Program-made: the position numbers and the translations under genes
Notes under the pieces: generated by a model
What the model was told of the DNA's origin: nothing
What the model saw: only the letters and a program-made list of their open reading frames with translations
Database searches by the model: none
Assembly (NCBI GenBank): GCA_905178155.1
Contig: CAJINV010000004.1
Span: 1,518,784 to 1,582,783 of the forward strand
From: Amoebophrya sp. A120
Lineage: Eukaryota > Protista > Dinoflagellata
Direction: 5' to 3'
DNA length: 64,000 bases
Shown: one piece after another, positions 1 through 12,900 of the stretch
Layout: the number at the start of each line of letters is the position of its first letter
Numbering within the stretch: the first letter of the stretch is position 1

Positions 1-233
1 GAAAGCCTGCCATGGGTTTCACTATCCACGGGTGGTGTTGCGGGTATTCCTGGCGAAAGCCAAAAACCGGCAGAAAACGGGCCACGGCAGTGCTCTCGCT
101 GGACATTACCAACATTTGTCCGGGCAGGGCCGTCCTCTTGCCGGACACAACCAACATCTGTCCGAAACAGCCTAGGGCCAAGACGACACCGTGAGGACGA
201 CCACAGGGGGTTCGTCTCAATGATGATGATGAT

Positions 234-345
234 GATGACAGAGAAGAGAGCCTTTTCGTGCCTATGCAACACAGATTCTCGAGTCATGCCAGACAAGCAT
301 GACGAACTTGCATTCTTCCAGACCCAGACATTTTTACATTTGATA
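234..345. mobile_element. Right half of a family A introner
   Basis: Ends CTTCCAGACCCAGACATTTTTACATTTGATA; left end not located. Confidence 0.7.
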
Positions 346-3300
346 CATGGAGGAAACGCGCCGGGAGTTGCAGGCCGCCCAGGAGAAGTGGATGGCCGGG
401 CAACAGCGCTGGCTGTCCGAGCTGCTGGTATCCCACAGAAAAAAGCTGGCAGGTCAGATTTGTAATGCAAAAATAAATACACAGAAAAAGCTGTCATGGG
501 CGGCCTCATAGCATGCTGTTTAGGATACGCACCACATATTTTTTTGTGTATTTATTTTTGCATTACAAATGTGACCTGCCAGCTTTTTTCTGTGGGATAG
601 CTGGCTTCCAACACCAAGAAGGCGTCGCTGCAGCTGGAGAGTTCTTGTTCTTCCTCCAAAGCCAGCAACAGCTGCACGACGGGGTCGAGTGCAACCGGCC
701 TCGGCACCATCAAGGCCGCGGCGAGTATCACGCCGCGCCTCCAAGATCTGGAGTCCGCCGTGGCGCGCAAGATGGTGCTGGTGGAGCAAAATTTGAAGGA
801 CGTGCTCGCGCAGTCGACACAGGACAACACGGAGGCCTTTCGGATCTTGCTGGAATTGGTAAAAAAGTCTTCGGCCTCGTCGTCCGCCGGCACCGCGCCG
901 CAGCCGGTTCCCGGGGCCGGCGGTGGTGGTACTGCTAGTAGTAGCACCAGCAGAAGCTCCTGCGCGACGTTGGTGGAGCGATTAGATGGTGCTGGTCGGA
1001 CACCTGTAGAAGTTCACGATCAGGCCAAAAATAAGGCGACGTTTTCGACGTCTTCAACGGACCACGGGGCTTCTTCTGAAACATCATCAGAGCGCAAGGT
1101 AAAGATCCTCGGAGCGGCCGCGGCGCGGTCGCGAAGCGTCCCGGCCGGCGGGCGACAGCAAATAGCTCTGCGCGGCGTGTTGAAGAAGAGGGTGAACTTT
1201 GCAGCCTCCACCCGCGGCCCGACTGGTGCCCCTGCACATCATTTTTCCGGGGACAGCGGGGTGGTCCCCGTCGGCGGCGGAGGCACTGTCTTGGCCCCGG
1301 GCGGGGAAGAACAAGTGGCACCGGCGCGGAGTGTGGTCGACGGGGTGCTTCGTGCCTTGCCGCGGGCGGACCTCTCCTCCAAGATCCTGGCGCAGCCCCC
1401 GAAGGGTGGATCGGGCTTCAAGCAAACTTCCGCATTAGAGGGTGCCCCTGTACTAGTGTCAGCTGTAGTATGCATTGCAAAAACTACGTCTGGGCGGTGT
1501 GGAAAGATGCAGACAATTTGTCATGGTGGTTTTTGCATATGCATGCGCATGGTGCCAAGAGGTTCTTGTGTACGGCACAGCAGCATTACAAGTTTTTCGC
1601 GGCTTCTTGCGAATTTAATCTTGTGTAGCACGACAAACTTGCTTCCAGCATGAGAAGAAAAAAAGTCGCCATGCATCACAGATCTTGTCGTCCTTCGCAA
1701 AATTTAGCATTACGAATCCAGACATAGACATAGTTGCAATGCATAAGACGGGCGGGAACTGGGCCAGGATGGCACCGTGGACCACGACTCTATTATCGCG
1801 AGAAAAGTGTTTAGTTACAGTAATACACGACATTGTGATTTCGCGGACAACGAGAAGCAAGACATACAACATCTGTCATGCCGAACATGCTTGCGAGCCT
1901 CTTTTCATCCGTGTTTCGCCCTTGTGGTCCCTTCCGCATTGTAAGTTTCCGTTTTGTAGTTCATGCCGGGTAAGTCTGTGATGCTGAAGTTCTTGCTGCA
2001 AAGAAATGTGTAAAACACTTTTCCTACCTTGGATATCCACTAGTTGCGGCTCCCAGGCGAATTCAAACTCGCAGTCAAAGGAAACCGCGAGCTCCATTTC
2101 GAAAGACACGCAAGATCATCCACCCACGAATATCCGGAGCAAAAACCTACCCACACCAGAGTTGTCATGCAGATTTGCAATGACAGGAACATTTGTAATG
2201 CGCATCGCCAGGAGAGGCATTTTTAGTCGTGTTTTGGAATTTGTAATGCTGTAAACAGGATGAGCAGATCGATTTCTGATGCAGCTGGCCTTGCGAACCT
2301 GCACTACACTACGGACTGCAATGCGTGACGCGTGACCCCCAAAAGTTCTAGGTTTGTGTTGCAAAGTCCCCATCTTGACTCTGGTTCGGGTACGTTTTTA
2401 CTCAGGATAACGAACGCCATTATCAAAGACGAATAAGTATGTCTGGGTCCGGAACAGTGTCCATGTTTGTCATGCAGATCATGTGGCAAATGCAAGAGCA
2501 AGACGAGGACCTAACCGCGTCATTGGTTATATTGTGACGGCTTCGCCATGCCTACGCTCAGCCTCCATCAGAAATTCCCTGTCTGCGTAAAAAGAGAGCA
2601 AAATAAACACGCTTGTCGCTTTTCTAGTCGCTGATGCAAGAGTACAGATTTGCATTTTATTTTTGTATGATGCACAGTAGGTCCGGGTCACCCACATAGC
2701 GCATCGCAAGTTTGTATGCTTCCAGTTCCAGATACATGTTTGCACTGCATAGCCACCCGTGGCTTGGACGAGGCGCTGCTGCGCGTTGGCGCCTCCCGGG
2801 TACTACCCTGTGTAAAAACATTCCCACCCTAGATTTGTCATGGAAATCTGCAAGCCTATGCCTACAGGAGCGCTCAGGTTTCTCATGTGCAGCCCGCCCA
2901 TAAGAAGCATGCTTGAAAAATGCTACCTGCAAGCTTCTCCTGTTAGAATCAGGAATAGCTGATCAATTTCTGATGCGGCTTCACTACGCTAGATACAATT
3001 ACACTGCGAGGAGTCCAAACTTGTCATGCGCACCAGCACTCAAAGCTTAAGCTGGTCGACTTGTGTACACTAGCAAATAAGTTCATTCCAACATGTTGAC
3101 CCTGGGGCGGAGACGTTTTTGCTCAGGATAGGCGCTGGAGCAGGCTCATCTTTCGAAGCTCTTCCCAGAGCAGGCGACGGGTGCTACTATCAAAATGAAA
3201 AATCCCTATCCCCCCTCCCGCCCATATCAAAATGGCAAGCTGTGTTGCGGGATTTGTGTACACAAATCAGCTTTGCCTTGCAATAGAGGAGTGCAGGCAG

Positions 3301-6300
3301 ATGCAAAGCCTGGAAAGGGCTGCTTAGAGGTGGCGGCGGGCGCCTAGCATGGCAGGCGTCTGCCCTGGTGGCGCAGCATCATCGCAAATTGCCTGCGTAA
3401 TGCGGCGGAAGCCCTGCTGGCTTTGCTCTCTTGCACGACAGACCTGACTTGTGGCCACAAATCAGCATCGCAAATCTCCTACGGGATGCCCTTTCGATAC
3501 GGGGAGGGGGGATTTATCCTTCCGATAGCTACCCTGGCTGCCGCAGGCGGACCGGGGTGTAGTTTTCCGCCTTCGTCTGCCACAATCCCTGTATCAGCGT
3601 CGTCCTCCACGATCTCCTCCTCCTCTGCCGCGGGGCAAGTTCGCGTGGCGGGCAGTGGCGTCTTTCATCCCGCGGGCGGCGGCGATACGGGTGAGACTGA
3701 CGTTAGCCTTCCAACCTCCTCGCATCACCTGCGTTTTGCGCCAGACGAGGATGTATCAAGTGTAAAAATGTCTGGGTCTGGAAGAATACTTACAAACTTG
3801 TGGTGTGCATACATTTCAGAACACAGAAAAATTTCTCATGCATAGGCAGCAAAAGTTGCCCACTTTATTCTGTCACCAAAATAATCAGGGATTTGTCATG
3901 CGGATTCGGCATTGCGAACGCTTCTCGAAACCTGTGATGCTAGAACTTCCATGCCAGACCTTCTGTGTCATGCAAAAACAGCGTGACTCTATCAGACCCA
4001 CCAGACCCTTTTGCATGTGATAGGACGGTGATGGGGTCTTCGCAGGGTCGTCGTTTCGTAATCTGCGGACGGGGTCGACGGTCGGAGAAAAAGACCTGCC
4101 GAACGTGCTGCTGCAACCGCCGCGGAGTGTCACCGACCCCGTAAGTCAACAAGGCAAGAACTACGCAGATTATAGTAGTGCTCTCCGGCCCCGGCCCGCC
4201 GAGCAGGGATTGAAGACAGTTTATTCCCTGGACCACGGCGGCGGCGGCAGCTCCCGTGATGTTAACGACCAGAGCTGTTCCTTCACTGGGAAGCCGACCA
4301 CCACCACAGCTGGATTCTACGAGATTTGCAACCCAAACAGTGGTGAAAACTATCCATAGAAAGAAGGCGAACTTTTTTCATCTTCGCGGATGTTTGACTT
4401 TTGGAAGACAGGTAGCAACGCAGTATGTACTAGGAATAATTCCGCGCCGCGAGGACAACGAGAAGTTACGCGCGGCTCAGAAAGGAACCGCATGAAATCA
4501 TTGTCCTTCACGAAATGAGCCTAGGCGGATGTTTTTGTTTATTTTGCGGCGACAGAAGCTATGTTTTGCATACCTACGATCCTTGCGACGATTAAGTACA
4601 TCACACGACCATGGAAAGATTTTTCTGTTTTCTATGGATAGTGAAGGGCTTTTGTTGCCCGGTACTCCCGGTGACCTCGACGAAAGCAGTGCTGTTGGGT
4701 CCGTGGCAGTATGCATTGCAAACATGTCTTGGAGGAGGTCTGGAAGAAAATTGTGATGCGGAGTTGTGAATCACTGGAAGAGGAGTTGATAGTGCCGGAA
4801 AGTACGAGAAGTTGTTAGAGCGCTCTCTCATGAGTGCATGACATTGTGTGTTTTCGCATGACGACAGAGGCTGCGCTTTTGTCGATTATGCAATGTAGTT
4901 TTTTCAGGAGATGATGGAAGTAGTGCCAGACGGGCATGACAAGCTTCACTCTTGTCCCAGACCCAGACGCGGTAGTTGCAATTCTTGATACAGAGGCGAG
5001 AAAGCCGAGAGTCAAACGGGTAAAAGCGTCGCCACGACAAGGACCCGTCCAACCACCCCGAAATTTGACGAAAAAACGGTATGGATTGTAAAAATGTCTG
5101 GGTCTGGAAACTTGTGATGCTGGTCGGCGTATCATGAAGAGGCCACAAGTGCTGGCTCAGCATGACAAGGTTTTGAGCTTCTAGGTGTTGCCTATTCTGC
5201 ATGACAAACAGCGTTTCTGCATGACAGCAGAGTGGGGCTCTTGGGTAACGTGCATGACAGATTCAAGAGTCGTGCCAGACAAGCATGACAAACATGCACT
5301 CTTCCAGACCCAGACATATTTGCATTCGATAAACGGGGGCCTACCGCATTTTCCCGAAGGAAGGCCGGGCGACGAAGACAGAAGTGCCCCTATATGCCTT
5401 GCAAATATGTCTGGGTCATTTGTATTGCGGAGGCCAGTGTAACGTTTGTCGTGGCGGATAAAGATAATTGCACTTTGTTGTCACCTGCACAACACGGAGG
5501 TAGCACTCGCAATAACGCCCGGAAAACCTGTGATGCTGTCATGCCGTACGACTACGAAATTGCACGACTCAGCATGGTGACAACAAGTCGCGTGCTTTTC
5601 CGCAGACCCAGACATATTTTTGCACCGGATAATATCCTACAACCTAATGATACAACTACCTGTAGTTTCCCAGAGACGTCGGCAGGCAACGACGGCGAGG
5701 CCGGCCCAGGAGATGCGAGCAGCAGCGCTGTGGCGAAGAAATCTACCCTGTGGCCTTCCGTATCCTGTGTGAAATTGCTTCTCCCACACCTCCGTCGACG
5801 ACCGTTTCCTTGTCATGCAAGTCTCATCGTTTCGATCGTGCAGGTGCAAAGCATGTACGATGCAAATGCAAGAAGTTGTGATGCGGGCACGCTAGCGACG
5901 TCGACGTGATGCGCCGGACGCTGTCGTCCTCACGTACTAGTATGAGTTGCAGAATCGCCCTTGTTGTACTGATTTGCATGGGGAGGGGTGGTATCAAATG
6001 CAAAAATGTCTGGGTCTGGAAGAGTCCGAACTTGTGATGCTGCATTTGGATTCCAAAAAATGACCAGCAAAGGGAATCGATTTTGGCTACGCGGAGAGGG
6101 CATTTGTCATGCGGAATAGGCATTACGAAGCCCTCAAAAAGTCTGTGATGCTAGGGCATTCATCACAGACTTCATGGCCATGCAAAACGTGCATGGCAAG
6201 TTATAAACACGGCAGCCGGATGCAAGTTATAAACACGGCCATGCAAAACGTGCATGACAACACGGCAGCCGGATGTCCGTGACCTGGTTATAAAGGGCTT

Positions 6301-6752
6301 CGTCGATCGATTGTGCCACTAGGGCCTTGTGTTCTGGCTACTCCGGATCGCAATCGATGGAGGGCGGGACCTGCACCGGCGACAGGCGCTATCCAACCAA
6401 CCAACCAACCAACCAAGTCTCAGAATCTTCCAGACCCAGACATCTTTGCATTTGATATGTGAGAGCGGTTTGAAACAGGATTTGCCGTCGAAGATATTCT
6501 GGACCAGGCGAAATGAGCCTGTGCCCTTGTATGGGGTTTAGTTCACTACACGGCGACTGGTGGGAGGATGTAGTGCAACCAAAGAAAGAGCAGCTTGTTG
6601 GCGACTACACACGACGGCTTGCGCGGCCGTCGGGTGAATTCGGTCGAACAAGTGTCCTGCGTTTATTACAGAAAGATACTACAAGAACATCTAAACAGGT
6701 TTTCTTTATTCGTCATCTCTATCACAGTGATAGTCAGATATGTATCAAATGA
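346..6752 (+). CDS. Multi-exon gene, unknown low-complexity/coiled-coil protein; 5' end lies upstream of the window, 3' end approximate
   Basis: Removing the TIR elements joins exons in frame at the junctions checked: MEETRRELQAAQEKW..ELL|ASNTKK.. into ORF 760-1653; QDHPPT|NA|TRGLDEALLRV..SRV|LEQAHL..GA|TLAAAG. Confidence 0.65.
429..599. mobile_element. Introner family C
   Basis: TATCCCACAGAAAAAAGCTGGCAGGTC...GACCTGCCAGCTTTTTTCTGTGGGATA; DR GCTGG/GCTGG; removal restores frame. Confidence 0.9.
1469..1745. mobile_element. Degenerate introner family A
   Basis: TATGCATTGCAA...TTGCAATGCATA. Confidence 0.65.
1794..2035. mobile_element. Degenerate introner, C-like
   Basis: TATCGCGAGAAAAGTGTTT...AAAACACTTTTCCTACCTTGGATA; DR TCTAT/TCCAC. 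Confidence 0.6.
2131..2409. mobile_element. Introner family B
   Basis: TATCCGGAGCAAAAAC...GTTTTTACTCAGGATA; DR ACGAA/ACGAA. Confidence 0.85.
2421..2751. mobile_element. Degenerate introner family A
   Basis: TATCAAAG..ATGTCTGGGTCCGGAA...TTTGCACTGCATA; DR GCCAT/GCCAC. Confidence 0.7.
2804..3130. mobile_element. Introner family B
   Basis: TACCCTGTGTAAAAAC...GTTTTTGCTCAGGATA; frame restored on removal. Confidence 0.8.
3188..3527. mobile_element. Introner family D
   Basis: TATCAAAATGAAAAATCCC...GGGGAGGGGGGATTTATCCTTCCGATA; DR GCTAC/GCTAC. Confidence 0.85.
3754..4022. mobile_element. Introner family A
   Basis: TATCAAGTGTAAAAATGTCTGGGTCTGGAAG...GCATGTGATA; DR GGATG/GGACG. Confidence 0.85.
4351..4640. 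mobile_element. Introner of a minor TIR type
   Basis: TATCCATAGAAA...TTTCTATGGATA. Confidence 0.65.
4710..4990. mobile_element. Degenerate introner family A
   Basis: TATGCATTGCAAACATGTC...CCAGACCCAGAC..TTGATA. Confidence 0.7.
5080..5331. mobile_element. Introner family A
   Basis: Family A TIRs; DR AACGG/AACGG. Confidence 0.9.
5393..5631. mobile_element. Degenerate introner family A
   Basis: TATGCCTTGCAAATATGTCTGGGTC...GACCCAGACATATTTTTGCACCGGATA. Confidence 0.7.
5761..6482. mobile_element. B-like introner with a family A element (5992-6457) nested in its right TIR
   Basis: TATCCTGTGTGAAATTGCTTCTCCCACACCTCC pairs with GGAGGGGTGG|insert|..GAGCGGTTTGAAACAGGATT; DR TTCCG/TGCCG. Confidence 0.6.
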
Positions 6753-6929
6753 TTGAAGAGATGAACAACAACAAATTGCACCAGTCCAGCTTTGCGCGCT
6801 GATTTCTTTTGTTTCCGCGTCCCCAAAGGACGGCGGCTTGACAAGTATCTTAATCTCGACGCCCAAACGGATTGTTCGTGGTCCTCACGGGTCGTGATGA
6901 TGGTTCTAGTTCGTGGTCACTTGCAGCTC

Positions 6930-8500
6930 ATATTCAGAACATCCTTTTGAGCACCTGCACTGGGTTGTGCGAAACTATTGGTACACACGACTAAGTAGCG
7001 GAATACGTGCGATGAAGCTGTGGCGCTTGCAGCATTTTCTGCAGTAGGTACAGAATGTCTGTGTGCTTGTGAGGAAATTGTCATGTTACTCGTTCAATTC
7101 TTGTCGTGGGTGGTGAAGTGTCTAAGTTACATTTGCCTGATTGTGATTGGAAGTACTTGAGTAAGTACTTAATAAATATGAAGTTGAGCAGGAGTTTGGT
7201 TTTCGATGCGGAAAGAAAACGCACCAGTTCATCTTGGAACGCTGTGTCGTCAACTCCCTCCTTTGCTGCTGCTTGTTGTGTTAGCAGTGCTAGCAAACAC
7301 TTTTGCTGTCCCATGTATGGTGCTAGAACGGCTGCCAAAGTGCCATCTGCCAGCCGCATTTTTCGTAAAGGTGAGTCGTGTCGTTTGCCGCATGATGGTG
7401 TGGAAGTAGAAGCACATGTCAATCCCATGCTTTTTTGTCTTCCACCCTGAAAGATAGTTCTCCATCGTTCGTGATCCGATCGTGCGTGCTTTCGTAAGTC
7501 GTTCTCGTTGCAGCTGCCACAAGTCTTATCGTTATCGTTCTCGTGGTCCTTGCTGCCAAAATATAATCTACGTGCAATTTTTCCTGAATCGTGCCGAGTA
7601 TTTCCGCAATTGAAATGCCGAAAGATATGAGCATCGTCATCTATCTTCGTGCGAAAGAACGGACAACTCTTACAGACGTGGCTCGCGCAGGCTTTGAACT
7701 GGTTGTTGTAGGTCACAGGAGGACGGTGGAGTACTTGGTTTTATTATATTTATGATTGATCTTTATCACGTCCGCCTAGCACTGACACGTTGGAGAGATA
7801 AGATAAACAAGCCGCGAGAAACTGCTCGGTCCAGCTTTCGAAGATGGAGGAAAGTTTGTCGAAGCTGCAGCCAAGAATTAAGTATGTTGTTTTTAGTATG
7901 CTTCATCTTCCAGAAGTATGTACTCTAGTGCTGCACTCCGTGCAGACGGCGTTCGAAGGAAAAAGACGTTGCGCACTAAATAGTTGTAAAGTACGCAGAT
8001 AATAAAGTCGCCGCAAGATAAAAGGTCGGCTTTGCCGAGCCGAAGTAGCATCCTGCGGGCTCCTGCATCTTGACAAATATTCTTAGTTGTCTTATGATGT
8101 ATTGTTGGACTGCAAAGTACAGGTTTCTGGCTGCCAAAGTTTGTCCAAATAGAGCAGTTTCTTGTCAACCGAGTTTCGCAGTGTCCCGACCCCGATGCTA
8201 GAAAAGTGTTTTGTACGCAGCCTTTCGATCTTTTCTTTAAACTTCCACTTGCTTCCACAGACATTGCGGTGAAGAAAGCGCATGAAGGTAGAGGCAATTA
8301 TAAGCACTGACGTCCTACTTACGCAAGTGAAGCTGCACGGAGAAAAACTAAATGACGCATTTATTACTTTGAAGCCGTGACGAATTAGAAATAGAATAAG
8401 GCGAAGGTTAGAACAAAAGTAGTGTCGCAGCTTTTCTACCCTAACGTCTACCCTCAAGACAACTTCGTCAATCTCAATCACCATTCGTCCGAAAAACGTC
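6930..8500. repeat. Upstream segment of the tandemly duplicated Cys-rich gene unit; further copies at ~8760-9930 and ~19310-22160
   Basis: Long colinear similarity, e.g. AAGAACGGACAACTCTTACAGACGTGGCTCG near 7660, 9005 and 20075; approximate edges. Confidence 0.8.
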
Positions 8501-8507
8501 GAGAACG

Positions 8508-8760
8508 ATGTTGGATCGTACCTTTCGTGGGCAGGTTTTTGTAACAGTGGCAGCGCTCATGCTCATCTTCTTTTTCACGACTCACCATCAACATGGCATT
8601 TCGGGGGTGAGACTCGTAGCCGCGGTTTCTGTAAGTTGTGAAACAGATGGCTCTTTGGCGGCTACCGATTGCGACACTGCGCTCGGAGGTGGAGCCGCCG
8701 GAGTATTTGCAGTACTTGGAACATGCGACGACTCCATCGACCCGAAGACGGATTCAGGTG
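8508..8760 (+). pseudogene. Truncated 5' copy of the Cys-rich gene (leader plus start of first Cys domain) fused to the upstream repeat
   Basis: MLDRTFRGQVFVTVAALMLIFFFTTHHQHGISGVRLVAAVS nearly identical to the 9936 copy, then switches into upstream-repeat sequence. Confidence 0.65.
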
Positions 8761-9935
8761 TGTATAGTGGAAGCACTTATCAATATGATTCCCCGTTCTT
8801 ACGTATGCTTTTTTGTGTTCCACCCTCAAAGATGGTTCTTCATCGTTCGGCATCAAATCGTGCGTCCGTTCGTTAGTCGTTCTCGTTCTTGCTGCCACAC
8901 GTCGTCGTCGACCCAATAAAAAAATAGAATCTACGTTCATGAACAGTATTTCCGCAATTGAAATACAGAAAGAAGATGTGAGCATCGTGATCTTCGTGCG
9001 AATAAAAAACGGACAACTCTTACAGACGTGGCTCGCTCAGGCTTTGAACTGGTTGTTGTAGGTCACAGGAGGACGGAGTACTTGATTTTATTTAAGATTA
9101 GATCTTTATCACCTCCGCCTAGCACTGACTCGTTGGAGAGATAAGATAAACAAGCCGCAAGAAGCTGCTCGGTCCAGCTGTCGATGCTGGAGGAAAGTTT
9201 GTTGAAGCTGCAATCAATTTAAAGTATTCTGTTAGTTTTTACTTGTATGTAGTGAGGTCAGAGTATGCTCCTCCGAGAAGGAAGTACTTCCTCGCTCCCA
9301 GTAGTCCGCTCTCGGCAGACGGCATTCTGAAAAGAGCGTTGCGCACTAAATACGCAAAAGTCACGACAAATAAGACGGCTTTGCCGTGCCCAAGTGGCAT
9401 TTTGGTGGCTCCTGGATCTTGCCAAAGTGGACAAATATGAATATCTTTAGTTTATCTACTGTTGGACGACTACACGGAGTTGATGCTACTGTCTTTTTTG
9501 AATGAACAAAATTACCTAAGAACTTGCAACGCATGAGTACAGGTTCTCGGCAGCCGAGTTTCGCAGTGTCCCGACCCCGACTATAGTAGAGAAGTGTTTT
9601 GTAGTAGCTTTTGCATTTTCGAGGTAGTCTATAGGACTTCAAAATTGCGGCGCAGAAAGCGCGTGAGGAAGGTAGAGGCAATTATAAGCACTAAAGCTCG
9701 TAGGTACTTAGTACGCAAGTGAAGTAGCACAGAGAAAAAACACGCATTTACAACTTATTTCGAAGCCCTAACAAATTCAAATTCGAAGGTTAGAACAGTA
9801 ATTATGTCGCAGCTTTTCTGCCCCATTAATGTCGTGGCCTCGTCAAAGAGCGGGGAACGGTTGACAAGGTCGGAGGAAGCATCAAGGCAAGTGCGTCAAT
9901 CTCAATCACCATTCGTCCGAAAAACGTCGAGAACG

Positions 9936-12900
9936 ATGTTGGATCGTACCTTTCGTGGGCAGGTTTTTGTAACAGTGACAGCGCTCTTCTTTTTCACGAC
10001 TCACCATCAACATGGCATTTCGGGGGTGAGACTCGTAGCCGCGGTTTCTCGACAATTGTTATCCACTGCAAATGTGTCTGGGTCTGGAAGTTTGCAAGAC
10101 CTATAATGACGCTTGCTTGCTTGAGAGGAGAGAGAAGTCTGTCGTGCGTGATCTTGTGCTACAGGGTGATCCTTGAAAGAGCTTACTTTTCTCATTACCA
10201 AAAAACGCAAAAAGAATTGTACTTCATTTGTTTGTCGTCGTCGTGCGAAAGGGCACGCTTGACGTATTTTTTGCCCAGAAACTTGTCATGCTTGTTGCTC
10301 AACGTCAGCCGCGCACGAGCATTACAATTTTCCCAATAACCCTGACACAATATTTGCAGTTGATATTTGTGTCGCAGTTACGATTGTCCAACTGCAGAAG
10401 CAGACAGCGGGGCCGGCCTGGGGAGTCCCATCATGGTGACCAGCACCTATCCAGGAAACGAATTGGTCGATTGCACGACCGGCGATGATCCTGGGGCTTT
10501 ATCTCCTTGGTGTACCCAGGAATTGTGCTGCACAGGAGCTGATCAGAGTGTGTCGACGACCGATTGCGGGGATTTCTGCGGCGCGCTGAAGGACTCTAGT
10601 GACAAAGTTATGGGTGTCGCCACTCACATTTACTACAATCCGCACCGTTGCACTGCGTTTTCGCTTGCGCATGGAGATTGGTGCAGTATGAAAAAATGTC
10701 AGTGCGAGTGCAACATCGGGGGGGGGTACCGCCTGGATCCAGAAAAAGTCGCCTATACCTCTCTTCGAGACTTGCGCAGCGACTGTAAGCATACTTGTGC
10801 GGATGAGCCTGCTGGTTTCTGTACTGACAAGAAGTATCTGCCGAAAGACGGCTTGGCCGCGATTAGCTGTAATGGAGCGGCGTGCACGGCTGATGAGTGT
10901 TGCAAACCGACCTGCACAGCTACGGATACTACAGCCCCCAGTAAAGGAAGCTATTCATGTGGATCTCTTGCTACTCCTAAAGTACTGTCATCCGACGCGG
11001 CGGGGAATCTCATCGCCTGCAGGGAAGAGGCTGATGCTACTGCATGTCCAGCAGACACTGATGCGTGCTGCATGGAACAAACCTGCGCGAAGTATACTTT
11101 TGACGACGCTTCAACGAGCTTTGCTGCTTTCGGAGGTACTTGTGGTAGCAGTGCCATCGGTGACGCCAGTTTATTGAGTAAGGCCAGTCCGGAAACGATC
11201 CCCTGCCCCTCTGGTTGCACCGAAGTTGAATGCTGCGACGGACCGACTGTCTGCCGCGACGTCACATGCACTACGAAGGACTTTGTTGTTCCGAATGGAA
11301 GGCTGAACAAGCAGTGCGCGGTCAGCATTCATGAGGGTACGTTCGTCGAAGATTGCCAAGGAACCTGCTGCACTTCCACAACGTGCGCAAGCGAAAGCGC
11401 AAACGAACAATTTAGCTGCAATAACAAAGGACCAGACGGGACTGACCTTATCCTCCGGGAAGATGCCGCCAGCATCGGCTGCGACGATGGCGTATTCACT
11501 GCAAATCAGTTTGGGTCTTCTAGGAGCTTGTGATGCTTGTTCTGGTAGGCTGGAGAATCTTCACGAGGACGCCTTCATGGACGGACAAGCATGAAGAAAA
11601 CGTACTACTAGGCGTTGGCCATTCTGCATGACAAATACTTAGCGTTTCAGCGTGACAGAAAAGCGCGGTGCTTCGGCAACGTGGATGGGATTTTAGTTTT
11701 CAATATAAGACTCGTGCTAGCTGCCGCGTATGACAGCCCTTACATTCTTTCCCCAGACCCTGAAATATTTGCAATCCATATCACGGGTGCACACGGGCTT
11801 TGTGCTGCCGTGGGGCTTACTGCGGGGCGTGCCCGCACGGCGTCGAGGGGGCGTGCACAAGTGACCTGATCGGCCTGCCCAACTGCCAGAGTTGTGACAA
11901 TGGCTATCATAGAGTCGTGACCCCAGGACATGGAGGCTCATACAGTTGCCAGCCGAACGTGTGCCTTTGTAGCTACGGCACCCCCGACACCGGCACCGAC
12001 TGTGTGACTGATTCGGTTACGAGCTGCAAGCTAGGCAGTTGCTACGACGGTTACAACATGGTGATCAATGCGAACAATCGGCGCGAATGCGTTCCGAACG
12101 AACTGTGCAAGGACGGTTTTGCGGCGGAGTCCGAAGTATCAAATGCAAGAAATATGTTGTTCGGGTCTGGAAGTTTGCAGAAAATGTATGTCATTCATCC
12201 TCTGCAATAGATGGATGAGCTGGAATGCCGCATGAGAAACTCGCAGCTGTTTACGTACCAAGAAGTGGTCAGCTGTAGCCCTTCGAGAGTTTGCTGCATC
12301 ACTTCCAGAGGACCCACACGTATTTGCAATTCATACGAAGTGCAGTGTCCGGCGGGCACGTCAGTCGTGATGGGCACCGCGGCCACCCTTCTGCGGTGCA
12401 GTGCAGCAGCATGCACCAGTATGGCAGTGCACAACCCCCCGTCCCCCTCATTGGCCATGCAAAATGCCAAATCCAGTTGCTACCTTGTGACACTGTTTGC
12501 ATGCTGCCAGATTCTGAAAACCCAAAGAGTACTACACTCGGCGCACCAAGTACGTGTCATGCACCGCCTCCACGTGTGTTGGTGTGTCTATTGCTGTTCA
12601 TGCAATACAGATGAGGGGGAGCTGCAGGGGAAGTGCACTTTGATAACCTGTGCCGACGATGCTGCTACCTGCTGCGTCAGCGATTGGAGTAGTTCGTGCG
12701 CCGTATCCTGAGTGAAGACTACGTCGTCACCCCAAACTTTTCATGCACGTTTGCATCTACAGGATCAGGAACATCATCAACATTTGTGATGCGCATTCCC
12801 GTGAGACGCGTTTCTAATCGTGTTTCGGCATTTGTATTTTCAAAAATAGTTTAAAAAAGGCGAAGCAGACGGCGATGGCTATGTGATGCGGCCGTCCACC

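Noticed and set aside
7081-8297. Minus-strand ORFs in the upstream repeat
   Set aside because: Frames are not preserved in the copies at ~8.8-9.7 kb and ~19.4-21.9 kb; no recognisable domain
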